Below, in pieces: positions 43,505 to 57,744 of a stretch of 64,000 nt of DNA. The stretch is from Ostrea edulis. Lineage: Eukaryota. The stretch is taken from positions 21,452,001 to 21,516,000 of the forward strand of contig NC_079165.1 of NCBI RefSeq assembly GCF_947568905.1, in the 5' to 3' direction. A program made the translations under genes and the position numbers. Position 1 is the first letter of the stretch. The number at the start of each line of letters is the position of its first letter. The notes beneath the pieces were generated by a model, which saw only the letters and a list, made by a program, of their open reading frames with translations, had not been told where the DNA came from and did not search any database.

Positions 43505-43722
43505 GCAGCATTACATACCTTAATACTTTCCCCAGCATTCAGCAGCATTACATACCTTAATACTTTCCCCAGCATTCAGCAGCATTACATACCTTAATAC
43601 TTTCCCAGCATTCAGCAGCATTACATACCTTAATACTTCCCCAGCATTCAGCAGCATTACATACCTTAATACTTTCCCCAGCATTCAACAGCATTACATG
43701 CTTTAATACTTTCCCCAGCATT
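43505..43722. repeat. 37-bp tandem repeat (about 6 copies)
   Basis: CAGCATTACATACCTTAATACTTTCCCCAGCATTCAG. Confidence 0.9.
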
Positions 43723-44117
43723 TGAATTTGAGTGATATATGTATATGGAATCTGCTGCACACAGATTTTTTAAAATGTCTCAATTTTCTTTGGCCTTGAT
43801 TAACATTTAGAAGCTGCTGCCCAAATCACTAGATATGACAAGATATCTAACGCTGGGCTGTTCGGTATAGCATGACAAGATATCTAACACTGGGCTATTA
43901 AAAGATATAAAATGTACCAAGTACATTATTACAATATTCACAGGTACTCTGTCTCATATCTGAGGCCCAATCATATAATATATTCATTATCGACAGTTGA
44001 ACATTAGAAAACAACGCACATCCTACCGGTATTCCTGGAAGGAATCTAACAATGTCGAATATAATGCAGATGGATTCTAGATTGAACACATGGATTTATT
44101 TAATTAATCCGGAAATT

Positions 44118-44557
44118 TTATTCAGTCTCGTACAATAAAAATCCCGAAAACGTTGTCCAGCCACCATTAATTGTGGTACCAGTGGCATGGAATTGACCGT
44201 GAACTTTGACCCAAACAGCGTCTCCAACTTCTAGCTCTGTGATAGCCATGTTGAATCCAGGGCCCCAGAAATCCATGTCGCCAGAGAATACATTGCAGAA
44301 ATTAACCACATTGCGCACGATCATTACTTCTTCATATTTGCCCGCCGAAGTGAGTATGGAGGAGGAGAAAGCGTAGATCCCTTTGAGTGGTGCCGTGAAC
44401 ATCCCATTGTTTTTGTTGTAGGCATTTCCAGAATTGATAACCAGATAGTCGAAGAGAAATATGTCGTTGTCGAGTGGATTGGCGATGTTGTGTGTCAGTC
44501 GGACGGAGAATGCGATCGGATTAGGTGAAAGAACTACGGAGTTTACGAGAAAGCGTA
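44118..44557 (-). CDS. C1q-domain protein B, terminal exon (globular C1q domain)
   Basis: Acceptor ttttactttag; PIAFSV..FDYLVINSGNAYNKNNGMFTAPLKGIYAFS..GDAVWV..TTFSGFLLY. Confidence 0.9.
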
Positions 44558-44751
44558 CTAAAGTAAAATCAAAACGTAATTATTTAGCTGATTGTCATTA
44601 ATACATGTAATATAAAGAGTTATGTAAGACATGAAATTGATTAAAGAGATCATGATCAACGCTGATCACTAGCGCACATACTACATGTAATGTATTACGT
44701 TTGCATAAAACCTGTTTGGCATTTTAAATTCTTAATGAATAATTAACATAC

Positions 44752-45141
44752 ACGATTTAGCTCTTGCAGGACGCACGGTTTCTTCAGGATGGTCAACAGC
44801 GGCTTCGCCGTCCACATCACTGGTCGAGCTTTTTAGTTCCAGTTTTTCTTCATAAAGTTCATCAATTTTCTGCTTGGGACATGCGTTTTCATCCGATAAT
44901 TCCTTTATTTTGGTCTGCATATGCTTCAGGTCAGCCTCCAAACGACTCTGGGCTCTTCTGAGGGAAACCACCTCTTCCCACAACAAACGGTTCTCCCTCT
45001 CTCCAGAGTAGACCGAGCTCTCATTTCTCCCCTCTTCCAACTCTTTCATTACATTTCGTATTTCCTGCGTTGTTAATTGACTTTTCACTGATGAGCACAA
45101 CCAAAAAAAAAAAAAAAAAAAATTAGACCCAAGACTTTCAT
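44752..45141 (-). CDS. C1q-domain protein B, coiled-coil exon (5' end ambiguous: frameshift in T20 run, or acceptor with exon start at 45087)
   Basis: Heptad coiled coil; donor T/GTATGT phase 1 joins in frame to the C1q exon. Confidence 0.7.
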
Positions 45142-45915
45142 ACCCAAATATGCATGACAAGTCTCAGCTTATGACTTGTGTGTAGTTGATAGTACCTGAT
45201 CTCGTTATCTATAAGTTAAAGTATAATCTATTTCTGAAAATTATCATGGTAATTTTAGATTTTCTAAATGTCATCGAGTGTGTGTATGTAGATATACTTC
45301 AATATTAAATAGATTTCAGTTTTGAAATACATGAGGATGTGAATTGCTACACTTCACGCCTGCGTACTCTATGAATTGCTTATATTTACATTCTATTTCC
45401 ATTTCTGTCTGAACAACAACCGTTAGAACATACGTACTATATTTATCAAGATTCATACACGCATTGTTCACAACTGTTGTGCATTCATGAGGAAATGGCT
45501 ATCACTAGAAAGATGTAAATATATCATAGGTATAAATATTGGACATGAAAATGTTTTGTTTTGTTTTTTTTTTTGTTTTGTTTTTTATACAGATGTTTGA
45601 TAATACATATTTTCAATGCATATTTCATAAACCATGCAGTCATTTGCTATTTCGAATCTGATATATATCAACATTGTCAGTTGTGTATCCAGGATTTGTT
45701 AAAGGGGGAATAGGCTTTTGAGACGTTATATGTTACCTTTATGGGTCATTCTAGCTATACTTTATGCTTAATGAAATAAATAAATAAAAACCAACAACTG
45801 GCATGTTAATCTTAATGCACTTGTTTGTATATATAATGTTAAGTCTTGTACATGTACGTTTGCGCTATTGTTTGACTATTTTATTATTATAAATTTTTTT
45901 TTGGTTACAAAAGGG

Positions 45916-46355
45916 GTGTGTGTGTCTAAATCCGTTACTGATTGTAATGTCATGCTGTGTGTGTCTAAATCCGTTACTGATTGTGATGTCATTCTGTGTG
46001 TGTCTAAATCCGTTACTGATTGTGATGTCATGCTGTGTGTGTCTAAATCCGTTACTGATTGTGATGTCATTCTGTGTGTGTCTAAATCCGTTACTGATTG
46101 TGATGTCATGCTGTGTGTGTCTAAATCCGTTACTGATTGTGATGTCATTCTGTGTGTGTCTAAATCCGTTACTGATTGTGGTGTCATTCTGTGTGTGTCT
46201 AAATCCGTTACTGATTGTAATGTCATGCTGTGTGTGTCTAAATCCGTTACTGATTGTAATGTCATGCTGTGTGTGTCTAAATCCGTTACTGATTGTGATG
46301 TCATTCTGTGTGTGTCTAAATCCGTTACTGATTGTGATGTCATTCTGTGTGTGTT
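45916..46355. repeat. 39-bp minisatellite (about 11 copies)
   Basis: TGTGTGTGTCTAAATCCGTTACTGATTGTGATGTCATTC; 13-aa periodic ORFs. Confidence 0.95.
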
Positions 46356-47609
46356 GATGTCATTCTGGTGATATTGTGCATTTTGTTAATGTAGATAATA
46401 TAACTCAACTACGAACGTGTTATGTATTTCACTGCAGTCATGTGAGGATCCGGGCTAGAAAAGGTCCTCAGTACCCCACCCCCGGGGATCCGGGATAGAA
46501 AAGGTCCTCAGTACCCCTTGATTGTCGTAGTAGGCAAATAAATGAGATAGTCCTTCGGATAAGACAGCAAAAACCGAGACCTCGTGTCACAGCAGGTGTA
46601 GTACGATAAAGATCCTTCCCTGCTCAAAGATCGTAAGCGCCAGGCAAAGGCCTAAGTTTTACAGGCCTTCACCGGCAGTGGTGATGTCTCCATATGAGTG
46701 AAATATTCTCGAGAGGGACGTCATGAAACAATGTACATGTATATATCAAAGTAATTCCGCTAGGTTTTTTTCTTTCAAAATTTAATACTGATTTATTTTC
46801 AGCAAATATGCAAATATCATTGGTTCAATGAATTTATATACTCATTTATTCACTAAATGCAGAAACCCCGGCGTACGATAATGTGAAAAGGTGAAGATAA
46901 CGAACGAATCTAATAACTTCTATGACGAATACAAAATTTAGAGTTGGGCAAACACGGACCTCTGGATATACCAGAGGTGTGATCATATGTCTAGGAGGAG
47001 TAAGTATCTCCTGTCGACTGGTCACACCCGCCATGAACCCTATACATGTGTCTTGATCAGGTAAACAGAGTAATCCATAATCAAAATCAGAGTTTAAATA
47101 ACACGTCGGGCAACATTTGACAGGTTGTATTGGCATACTAGATCGTTATACATAGTCGGAACCGCCCCTCCCAGTCTGTAGCACTTCTTTTACCTCCCGT
47201 AGGACACAACGCCGATATTTTCGCTTGAAGTTGTTTCTCAGCTTCTTTATGCGATTGGTCACTTTACCATTCCTTATTGCGATATTCAACTAATAACCCC
47301 CCCCCCCCATTTCAAGTGTTCGGGAGCAAAGGAAAACATGGCTTTCGAAGCGAAGATTTTGACAAGTTACAAAACGTTCAGAGAGATGCTTTACAGCTTT
47401 TTAATCAGTTTGTTTTGAAATTAATTTTATTCAAAATATAAACATACCTAACAACGTTTCTCTTTCCTCCTTCATCTGGTCCACTTTTGTGACCATCGAT
47501 GCTTCTAATTTAAGAGGTATGTGTTTGTTAGATGGGGTATGTGTTTGTTAGAGGGTATGATTTTTGATAGAGGAATAGATAACACATTTTATATACACAC
47601 TGTATTCCA

Positions 47610-48061
47610 TCATTCAGTTTCATACAACAGATAACCGGAAAATGAAGTAAATCTGCTGTCAACCAAAACGCCCGCGTCGTGGTAAACATCATCTACCCTC
47701 ACCCACACAGCATCTCCCACATTCAGTTCAATTGTGGCCATATTGAATCCTGGAGCCCAAAAGTCCTTGTCACCACTGTAAAGACCACAGAAAGCATTGC
47801 CATTGCGAACTATTTCTGCCTCTAGGTATTTGCCAGCCCCTGTGAGTAGGGAACCATAAAAGGCATAGATGCCTCTTACTGTGGATGTAAACATGCCGTT
47901 GTTTTTGTTGTAGGCATTACCAGAATTTGTAACGATATGGTCGAAAACAAAGGTCTGGCCGTCATTGGGGTCAACAATATTGGCGGAAATACTCGCGGTG
48001 AATGCTATCGGCGGACTCGCTGCTATCCCGGTGCTCGGTATCAATAACCGTTCAATGATAT
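47610..48061 (-). CDS. C1q-domain protein A, exon 2 (globular C1q domain)
   Basis: Acceptor ttatccttacag; PIAFTA..FDHIVTNSGNAYNKNNGMFT..GIYAF..GDAVWV..TSFSGYLLY. Confidence 0.93.
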
Positions 48062-48160
48062 CTGTAAGGATAAAAGTTAAACCGTGAAAACTATTCAAAA
48101 CAACGAAGTGCTCACCAAGAATGTCACGTACATTTCAGGACCTTTAAAATAGATACTCAC

Positions 48161-48572
48161 TAGATCTGCGTCTGCGTTGATGGTTTTTGCTAAAGTCACT
48201 CCTGTCCGAGTTATTCCGGTGGCCAGAATCTATCTTTTCTGTCACGTGATGCGTATTTCTAAAGTGGGACATTTCTCTGTCCATCGCGACCATCTGCTCT
48301 TTCAGTTCCCTGTTTTCAGTCATTATGTCTTCGATGCGAGATTTCATATCATTTAATTCCGATTCCAATTTGGACAGAGTCTGTTTTAGAATAAGATTTT
48401 CGTTTGTCAGAAATGAGAAATCTTCCCTCAATGATGCACATCCTTTATCGACGTTATGGTCCGTAATATATTCTTCGATCAACCTTCTGAGTTCGTCTTT
48501 CGTTGATTCGCTTTTCGTCCATGGCAAAGATGAAACCGCGAGAAAAAACAGAAGTTTCATGTGGCGTGCCAT
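48161..48572 (-). CDS. C1q-domain protein A, exon 1 (signal peptide, coiled coil, RRRR furin-like site); 287 aa spliced
   Basis: MARHMKLLFFLAVSSLPWTKS; donor A/GTGAGT phase 1 matches exon 2. Confidence 0.9.
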
Positions 48573-49754
48573 TTCTACTCAGAAAATTAGTAGCACTGTC
48601 ACAGATACTACAATGCTTTTTGGAGTATAATGCTTATCCAAGATCGAGCCCCGTGACACAAATGTGTTTATAAGTAACATTATCTACATGACACGTCTCT
48701 GTTGGTATCATGCGAGGAACCACAGTGTGAGACAGTTTTATATATTTACGTTTCCAATGTTTTTGCCTTTGATATCTTTACAAATTGTAATGATGCCGAT
48801 TTCCTCGTGGATGCATTGCAGTTGTGAACAATGTGCGTATGAATCTTAATAAATATAGTACGTCTGTCTTAAGGTATTCATTGTATAACGAAAGAAGATC
48901 GAACAAATTTGAACGATTTAAATCAAGATAAAGTGTTAAGTGTTAAACAGTGATGAAAGTGAAATACCTCAAATTCACATGACTGGTAAATGATCAGAAG
49001 CTGACCAATTTGCACTTGAACCTTTTTTGAAGAGTTATCCACCCTTGATGAAAATAAGAAAAATATAATGTTCTAAAATTATATGTAGTATATGATTAAT
49101 TTTATTTCATACTTTTATAAAAACAAAGTTTATGCAACGTTTTACCAAGAGATTTGTATAAAAATACAATTTCTTTCAAAAATATTCTAATAAAACATGA
49201 TTTCCCATATACTTCAATCTTAAATTCTAGATGAAATAAACCAAATAGTTATCAAAATTTTGTAAATTCCTATGGTGGATTATTTTTATTTAATGAACCC
49301 TTCATAATGGTGCCATGATTACAAAAATCCTACCATCCGTTTATTAGATCTGAAATATGATCGTTATACATTGAATACCTTAAGGGCTGAAAATTCCGAC
49401 AGGCACGGAAGTAGAATGTAAATATAAAAAGTAAATATCATTTTTTTTAAATACTTGAGGATATGAACTGGAACGCACACTTTTCATGAAGCTCGTTAAA
49501 TTATAATAGCGACGTGAAGCGTCGCAGTTCATATCCTCAAGGGGAACATAAATTCCAAATTTCAGACCTCCTGGGGCCTTTGGGGCGGGTTAAAAACTGC
49601 CAAAATTGACAAATTTTCAAAAATCTTCTCGCATTGGTATCCATGGCAACACCAAAAGAAGACAAAGCGGCAAAAAATGCACTTCAAGATGTGACCGGTC
49701 GACAGGGGATGCTTATTCCTCCTAGGCACCTGATCCCACCTCTGGTACATTCAG

Positions 49755-50067
49755 CAGGGCCGTAAATTACATGGAGGCGGAGGAGGCAGCTGCCTCCTCC
49801 AACTTTTGAGCCAAAAAAAATTAAAATTTAAAGTTCATTAGAATTTATGTTGTTTCCAATAACTAAGAACATGATACCTCCCTTAAAAAGCATTCCAAAT
49901 CTTTCTTTTAGAATGAGTTAGTCAAGTAACATCTTAGAAGGCCCTAGAATCAAGGATTTTGCACGAAACGTGTTCAGTGTGCACAAAATGTGCTCAGCGT
50001 CTGGGGGCCCCCAGACCCCCGCCTAATTTCCTGCCTCCTCCAAATTGAAGGTTAATTTACGGCCCTG
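49755..50067. mobile_element. MITE with CAGGGCCGTAAATTA TIRs and 5-bp TSD TTCAG, inserted in a PLE 3' repeat
   Basis: Inverted near-identical copy of 14090-14411. Confidence 0.85.
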
Positions 50068-51004
50068 TTCAGGGCTCCGTGTTTGCCCAATTCTCTATTT
50101 TGTATTGCTTATAGGAGTTATGAGATTGATCGCTGTTCGTTATCTTCACCTTTCATTGTACATGTATATCAAAATTCCATACATTGATTTGAAAGATTTC
50201 ATAAAACCATATGTAAATTTTCTTTGGCAAATCTATTAGGATTTCTATGATACAAGTAATGACACAAGTAAACTTTATCCTATTCAAAACAAAGTAAACA
50301 AACCGTGAAACATCGTCATGACACGCCAAGGGGAAGTCACAGGGGCTAAATATAAATATATTTATGGTATCACAGGGTTCGGGCCCAAAACGGGCTTAGC
50401 CCCTATGGGTGAAGTGATTATTTCAAGAAAACGAATCGGACATTCAAATTTGACCCATTCAAACTTACTGAACAGAGAACTTCAGCCTGAATGCATATTT
50501 AGTGACTGCCCATTAACTTTTACGCCCAAACGAAATAGACTTTTTAATAATGTTTAATCAATGAAATAATTTTATACAAATATCGACAATCGGGGAGAGT
50601 GTTGATATTCCGGACGGGTGTAATATTTCGGAAAGTCAAGAAAACAGCATTATATCTTGCATTACAATAGTTATTTGTTCTAAAGGACGAAGACCATGTT
50701 TATCAAAATTCGGCCTAACGTCCAAAGTGAATAATTTTTTGTTAGAAATATTCTCTAACATGTTCTTTTCCTGTAATGTACTGGTTTTTATATGTAAAGT
50801 TGGTGAAAGAACACAATTTTTAGGTTTACATTACTAGTATAAATCCTATAATTTGCGCTATTTTTTAAGATTGCGTCATACAACGTCGCTATATATTATT
50901 AGAAGTGGTAACGTATTGTAAAACATGATTATGCAATGAGTGGTTTAATATATAATAAGATCTTGAAAAAAAAAATGTCTTTCCCAAATACGCAAGAAGG
51001 TTAT

Positions 51005-52130
51005 TTTACCAGAGGTAGGATCAGGTGCCTAGGAGGAGTAAGCATTCCCTGTCGACCGGCCACACCCACCGTGAGCCCTATATCTTGATCAAGTTAACGG
51101 AGTTATCCGTAGTCAAAATAAGTGTGCCAAGATCGGCCTCACAATCGGTATGAAACATCTAATTGAGCATTTGACCCAATGATAGGTTGTATTAACGAAC
51201 TAGATCGTTATAAAGACCATAGAATTTGCGAAATGCTGACTTTAATTGAGACTGTTGAAACCCTTTCATCATCAACTTGTTTGTCAGTAGCTTGCCTCGA
51301 TTTAAAAACTGACCCTATGCAGAACAAGCTCTTGCGTATCGAATCAGTTGAGAGATATAAACACCATATGTAGGTGATAATGGAATATTGCTACTTATAT
51401 ATAGGAAGTTGACGATGGAGAAACTGAAATCATCCCGTTTGTCATAAAGTTGAGTTGTCAGTTTGTCGTTAATGTCTATGTTCAATAAAATATCTAAGTA
51501 TGAAGCAGATGTGGACGACTTTGTGGTGTGTTTTATTTCGATTTCACAGGGATATATCGAATAGACATATGAATGAAAATTACTATTGTTAATAGATAAA
51601 ACATTAAAACATCGTCGATATATCTAAATGTCGAATTGAAGGCCACAGCAAGAGATTTCTTCTTCTTGCGTAGAAGTTTTTGAGTAAATTCTGCTTCATA
51701 TGAATATAAAAACAGGTCAGCTAACAAAGGAGCACAATTCATGCACATGAGAATTCCGATAGACTGTTGGAAGACCTGATCACCAAAGACTACGAAGATA
51801 TTGTCAATGGAGGAACTCTAGCATATTTTTACGTGTGCGAGGAATCAGAGTGGTGTTTAACAAAATAATTTTTGGATGACTGATCACTAGATATGAATAT
51901 TTCTTTTTTCCCTTTTTGTTGACGAAGCAACTGTCTATGATGTCAAAATGTCTAGTCTTTAATTTATCGTGAGGAATGGTCGTGTAAAGTGTTGAAAAAT
52001 CATAGGTTTTGAGGTTATTGATTTGGAAAAAGTTTTGTGATTTCAAGTTGAATAAAACTTCTTTAGAATTTTTTAGAATCCACATTAATTTTGGTTAACA
52101 CCACTTCTGGCATATGTAGTCCCACAGTAA
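51005..52130 (-). mobile_element. Penelope-like RT fragment
   Basis: MWILKNSK, TYDFSTLYTTIPH, NCAPLLADLFLYSYEAEF, FRYIDDVL. Confidence 0.8.
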
Positions 52131-53163
52131 GTTTGAAGTTTCTCCTTCACAGCTGTTAATATTTTCGTGAGGAGCAAAGATAGGGGCGTGGTAGAGCACT
52201 CACTGGATCCAGCAATGTATCTTTGTTTGTAAGTTTTTGTTAATGTAGTTTAGGAATCCAATATAGGTACGGTAGTTCATATTCATTCGACCCATTGACA
52301 GGGATATTAAATGTGTCTAAAACTGAAGCATGGTTTTGAAGAATTTCATCTTTTGAAAGGGCAGTTGGAGTATAAGTATGATTAGCTGCAATAATGTAGC
52401 CCAATCCAATTTTTTTTTATTCTGACGTTTTCGGGATTGGGCTACAATTCCATAGGATCTCCGTAATGGTGCAAAATAATTTTATGAATAACCGATAATA
52501 AACTCTGTGTATTGGTCCCAAATGTTGTTTACACCAAAAGGAGTACCAACTTTGTGCTCGGGCATGTCTAATAAAGGTGTTTTTCATTAAATATAATGTA
52601 CAGCATGCAAAATTCTTCGTCTGCTCCGCCATGCTTGTTATCGCGAGATCTCGTAGGTGGATCTAATGAAAAGCCTAAACATTGACTATCAGCGCGAAAA
52701 TGTAGTTACTCGAGCCACTTCGACAAAGGAAAGAAAATCATATTGTTGCAGAAAGAATTTACACTCTGCTGTTCGGTTTTTAACTTGATATTAAATTCAA
52801 ACCTTCTCAATACCGACGAAATAGCTTTCGCCTCCATACTTGTCCATTGATGTAAATACCACCTTATATGGCATATGCAAATGACTTGACAACCGGAAGT
52901 TGAAACTTCAGTACATCAAACATGGCGCATAAATATGAATCGAGAAACTGGGATTTATCGAAATTGTTGAAAACGGTAGAATAGAGCCTCACAAATCTAA
53001 AGTTGCAGGTTGTAAATTTATATATTGACTAAGAAACATAGAATATCATTTTATTTACGTAAAGAAAGTCAGGAAATGTTTAGAATGAGCGCAAATGTTG
53101 CGGGAGTGAATCACTCCCGCATTTGCACCATTACGGAGATCCTAAGGAGTTGTAGCCCTCTCC

Positions 53164-53206
<43 letters not shown>

Positions 53207-53224
53207 GAGAGGGCTACATTATTG

Positions 53225-54900
53225 CAGCTAAAGTATGATTACCAAAAGTGGAATTAATGCCAAGTTCGTTTAAAATACAGTTGTAATAATGAGCCTTACA
53301 AACAAAGACAATGTTGTTACAAGCTTTGTCAGCTGGAACCAAAACATGTTCCTCATGTAACCCATCTACTTCTTTTATCACTTCTGGTTTACTAAACACA
53401 GAAAAATAGATGGTACACACTTTTGTTTTAATATGTCTAATGCGGGATTTTAATATTCCTCTTATTCTTTTAACCCATTCTGACAATGTATCAAGTTCTT
53501 CTTTTTCATATTTAGCCCATCGTCTGGCATAATCTTCGACAGAATTCATAATAGAGATGAAGTTCTGTCGCCAATTAAAAGACCGAGGTTCTCTGTATTT
53601 AGGACCTTTTAGAATAAGTGATTTGAGGTCCTCGTTTTCAATTATATCAACATCACCAGTAATGGCATGTCCAGCTGGACTATATAGTTGAAGGAAGGAA
53701 TATCATCCATGACCCTAGCTGCAGAACTGTAGCTCTCTGAAAAAATATTTTGACATAACAGAGAGCTACAGAGCCACCCCTTATAAAAACCTTCGATTTA
53801 CGGCGCACAAAAAGCTGAGCACGGTTGAGGCCTTATATCGTTGTATTCTTGAGTTACTGTCTCATAAATTTAATATCAAAAAATTCTTAACATATTTTCC
53901 TACTATACTTGTGTTTAAACATACCTTCAAATATTCATTAAAGCCCCATACGACCTGAAAACTCCCAGCTTCAAATGATTTCGTTTGTTGACGTAGCCAT
54001 GTTAGGTAGCCGGGTCAAATCGTACCCTGTTGTTGTTGGTATATATTCATAAAATTCGTTATATGTTATGTATTCGCTCTTCAATTATCAACAATACGAA
54101 TAATTTATAGAAAATAAAAAAAAATAAAGTTTTTCTAAAGGTAAAATAAGCTCTTGATTCATGAAAATGCCACCAAAGTCCTTAACACTCATGTGGCAGG
54201 GATGGGGACCGAACCAGACTAATGAAAGCCGCATTGCCGTGAGTTTAGCTATTAGAATAATTATTATTTAAAGGCACTGGGATGATACATTATTTAAAAT
54301 ATTTAGCTAAAATATTTGTGGGGATATGAATTCACATCTTGACGTTATTGTGCAAGTATGGAAATTAACCAGGATTCGAATTGACCCGGCTACCTAACAT
54401 GGCTACGTCAATAAACGAAATCATTTGAAGCTGGGAGTTTTCAGGTCGTATGGGGCTTTAATGAATATTTGAAGGTATGTTTAGACACAAGTATAGTAGG
54501 AAAATGTTAAGAATTTTTTGATATTAAATATATGAAACAGCAACTCAAGAATACAACGATATAAGGCCTCAACCGTGCGCAACTTTTTGTGCGCCGTAAA
54601 TCGAAGGTTTTTATAAGGGGTGGCTCTGTAGCTCTCTGTTATGTCAAAATATTTTTTCAGAGAGCTACAGTTCTGCAGCTACCATGACCCGTGCTGGTTT
54701 AAAGAGCCTGTGATTGGCAACGTCCATAATCATAGAGTTCAGTCTATATTCAGGTGTTGAAAAATCCAAGTATAGACTAACTGTGGCTTCTTGAAATAAC
54801 GCATGTAAAACTCTCAATGGAACAGAGTAAAGTTTTGTACGAATAGGATTTGGACCTGTTGACGTAAAGTAAAATTGAATCAATAGTGACATCATTTATA
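53225..54900 (-). mobile_element. Penelope-like ORF fragment split by a DNA-transposon insertion
   Basis: VLVPADKACNNIVFVCK; RLFKPARVM/DDIPSF rejoins when 53716-54690 is removed. Confidence 0.7.
53716..54681. mobile_element. Non-autonomous DNA transposon, about 300-bp TIRs (TAG...CTA), 9-bp TSD CCATGACCC (Academ- or MULE-like)
   Basis: TSD at 53707-53715 and 54682-54690; long TIRs. Confidence 0.88.
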
Positions 54901-55829
54901 CTTGGTCTTTATTTATACCTTGTTTCCGTCGTTGAGTATTGGGAAAGAGTCCCATCACATTCACATTATTTCCTTGTGAACTAGTCAAATTTCCCACATA
55001 AATGTGATGCATAGTTGTGCTTTGAATACATGGAATAATAATGTTTCCTGAAAGTATCCTATTTTTGACCTTGCTGCTGTAGATCTAGATCATCTGGCGA
55101 CTTAGTTCAAATTTATTTTAACAAATTCACATTAATAGTAAACTTCAATTAGAACAAAAATATGAAACTGCTCGTCCGTCTTTATGGTTTGTACTGGTTT
55201 AGGCCCATTTTGACACATCTATGAAAGGTGAAGATAACGAACAGTGATCAACCTCATAACTCCTATAAGCAATACAAAATAGACAGTTGTGCAAACACGG
55301 ACCCCTGGATATATATACCAGAAGTGGGGTCAGGTGTCTAGGAGAAGTAAACATTCCCTGTTAACCCATCACACCCGCCGTGAAACCCCTGCATCATCAA
55401 CTTGTTTGTCAGTAGCCTGTCTCGATTTAAAAACTTGTCATATTCAAATTTAATTCAAATATCTTGATGCGCGCATTGAACAATCGAATTGATGAGAGGA
55501 ATAATTGAATTGATGCGCGCATTCATTGAATTAATGCTCTCTTCCATTGAATTGTAACGCGCATCAATTAAATTGTAGATATCATCAATTCATTTGAAGA
55601 GAGCAGCAATTCAATTATAGTGATCATCAATTCAGCAGAATAATGAATGCTATCATTTAATTCAATTAATGCGCGCAATAATTCAGAATTGAAGATATTA
55701 TTAATCATTTGAGGCGATCATTAATAGAATTGCTGCGCGCTTCAAATGAATTAATGATATCTTCGAATGATTAAAGATGTCTTCAATTATTTAAGTTTAT
55801 TCAATTTGGCGCCTGACTGTCCTGACGAG

Positions 55830-56930
55830 GTCGAAGTGTGTTTTCCATACTTGGCGATCCAGTGGATTGATCATATCTAACCCTGTAGACTCTAGGTCTC
55901 GTTTTACTAATTCATCCCATGTCAGCTTTGGTCTGCCTGGAGCTCGATATCCCGTGACATTCAATGTATGAACCTAACTGTGATATCCAACCTGTACTGC
56001 GCTCATCATGGCCTAGCTAGCTGTCTCAGCCTACATGTCCTGATACCATCAGCGATGTTTCTGATGTTAAGCGGAGTAATAAGAGACTCAAAACTGACAT
56101 TCACTTCAAGATTGACAAGGCATATCCATCTTATCATGGCTTTGTCGTTGCGTATCAGTTTTCTTGGAGTGGCGGCTGTTAATGCCCATGTTTCGGAACC
56201 ATATAGCAACACATGTCTAATGTAAGTTGAACATAGATGACCTCTGGTTGTAATTGCCAGATGTTTGTTCGTCAGGAGTGAAAGAAGCTCTCTGAATTTT
56301 TCCAAGCAGACTTACATCGTGTTGTTGCTGCAATTTCACATCCAGATGACAAAGTGTCTCCAAGGTAACGGAAGTCTGCTACAACTTCAAGTGTGTCCTC
56401 ACCTATTTTTACCTCTGTCATGGGCCTACCATCTATAGGTCGAATGAGTCCATGACAGCGCGGGCACTTGTATCTTGGATCGGGTTTAAGAGGACCATTG
56501 ATTCCACTACATTTTTATGGACCCAGCATGAGCAGCTGTTACAGAAGATGGGAGTTCCTGCCTGTGAGTTTTAGGCAGACGGAACATGGGTACTTTCCTG
56601 AACTTCTCAAATATTCCATATTCATGCCTGATAGCATCACTTTGGTCTTGCCCTTGTTGACCTTTCAAGAGTCCTTTCTCCTCCAATCTTTTCTTCCGCT
56701 CGGCCATTCTTTCGATCAGCGACTTAATGGAGGTGTCAACAACTGCTAGATCGTTATAGCAAACAGGAGCTCCCAAGGACAGCTTGTACGAAATTGGAAT
56801 GACAGTGCTTCCAGTACAAAGATAAACAGCAAAGGACTCAAAACAGATCCTTGATGAACACCGACCTTGACATTAAACTCGTCATTATAGACATCTCCTA
56901 CACGGAACATGGCATCTTGCATTAGAGTAA
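55830..56930 (-). mobile_element. Degenerate RTE-clade non-LTR retrotransposon RT fragment
   Basis: VKVGVHQGSVLSPLLF, LLYGSETW, MIRWIC with frameshifts. Confidence 0.8.
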
Positions 56931-57253
56931 ATGATATGCACAATCTTGATTAACCATTCATCAATACTTAACTTATATAATAATGTATGTCAATAATTTA
57001 ATATAATTTGCACTTGATTAGGGAGTATTCACAGGAAGTCGTCATTCCGTGTGCAACAGCTAACTAGTCCCCTCAGAATCCAAAATCGTCTCCTCTTGTG
57101 GATTGCGCTAGTCAAACTCATCATTGTAGCAATGAAAGAAAAAAAACCCGTATAACCTTGAGAAATATGCTTGCCAACAATATGATACATGGCTTTTTTC
57201 TCTACCTTTTTTTTTTATTTTTTATGGTGATCTTGCCACTGTCCGGGGCTAGG

Positions 57254-57533
57254 CAGGGCCGTAACTGCCGATGAGGCAGACGAGGCAACTGCCTCGTCTG
57301 ATTTTTTGGCAAAAAAGAAAATAAAATTATATAAATGTTATATTATAGGATATATGTTTAAAATGAAGACAAGCACCTTTGTCTTTGACACCATATTACG
57401 ATTCTTTACATAGTACAAATGAAACACAAACATGATAAATTGGGATTTAAAAAGTGTCATTTTCAGTCGTAAAGTCAATCGGCGGCCCCCAATCCCCTGC
57501 CTCCCCTGATTTAGAACCCTACTTACGGCCCTG
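57254..57533. mobile_element. MITE with CAGGGCCGTAA TIRs and 5-bp TSD CTAGG
   Basis: TSD at 57249-57253 and 57534-57538. Confidence 0.8.
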
Positions 57534-57744
57534 CTAGGGGAGGCCGTTTTATTGTATTGACTACTCTTTCTCTGATGTAAATATTGAGTGGCCTATATCC
57601 CCCATTGTGTTGGGTCATATAGGATTTTTCTCTTCCGACTGCCCGTTAAAAATATTATATTCGTAGTCAAAATTATACGACTTTGGGGGTCATTGTGCGA
57701 ATCAATATCAGAACGAGTTAATGACAGTAAGTGAAAAAACCAAG

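Noticed and set aside
45868-46371. Cys-rich repetitive ORFs as a metallothionein-like or adhesive protein
   Set aside because: 39-bp minisatellite open in several frames on both strands; no signal peptide or splice context
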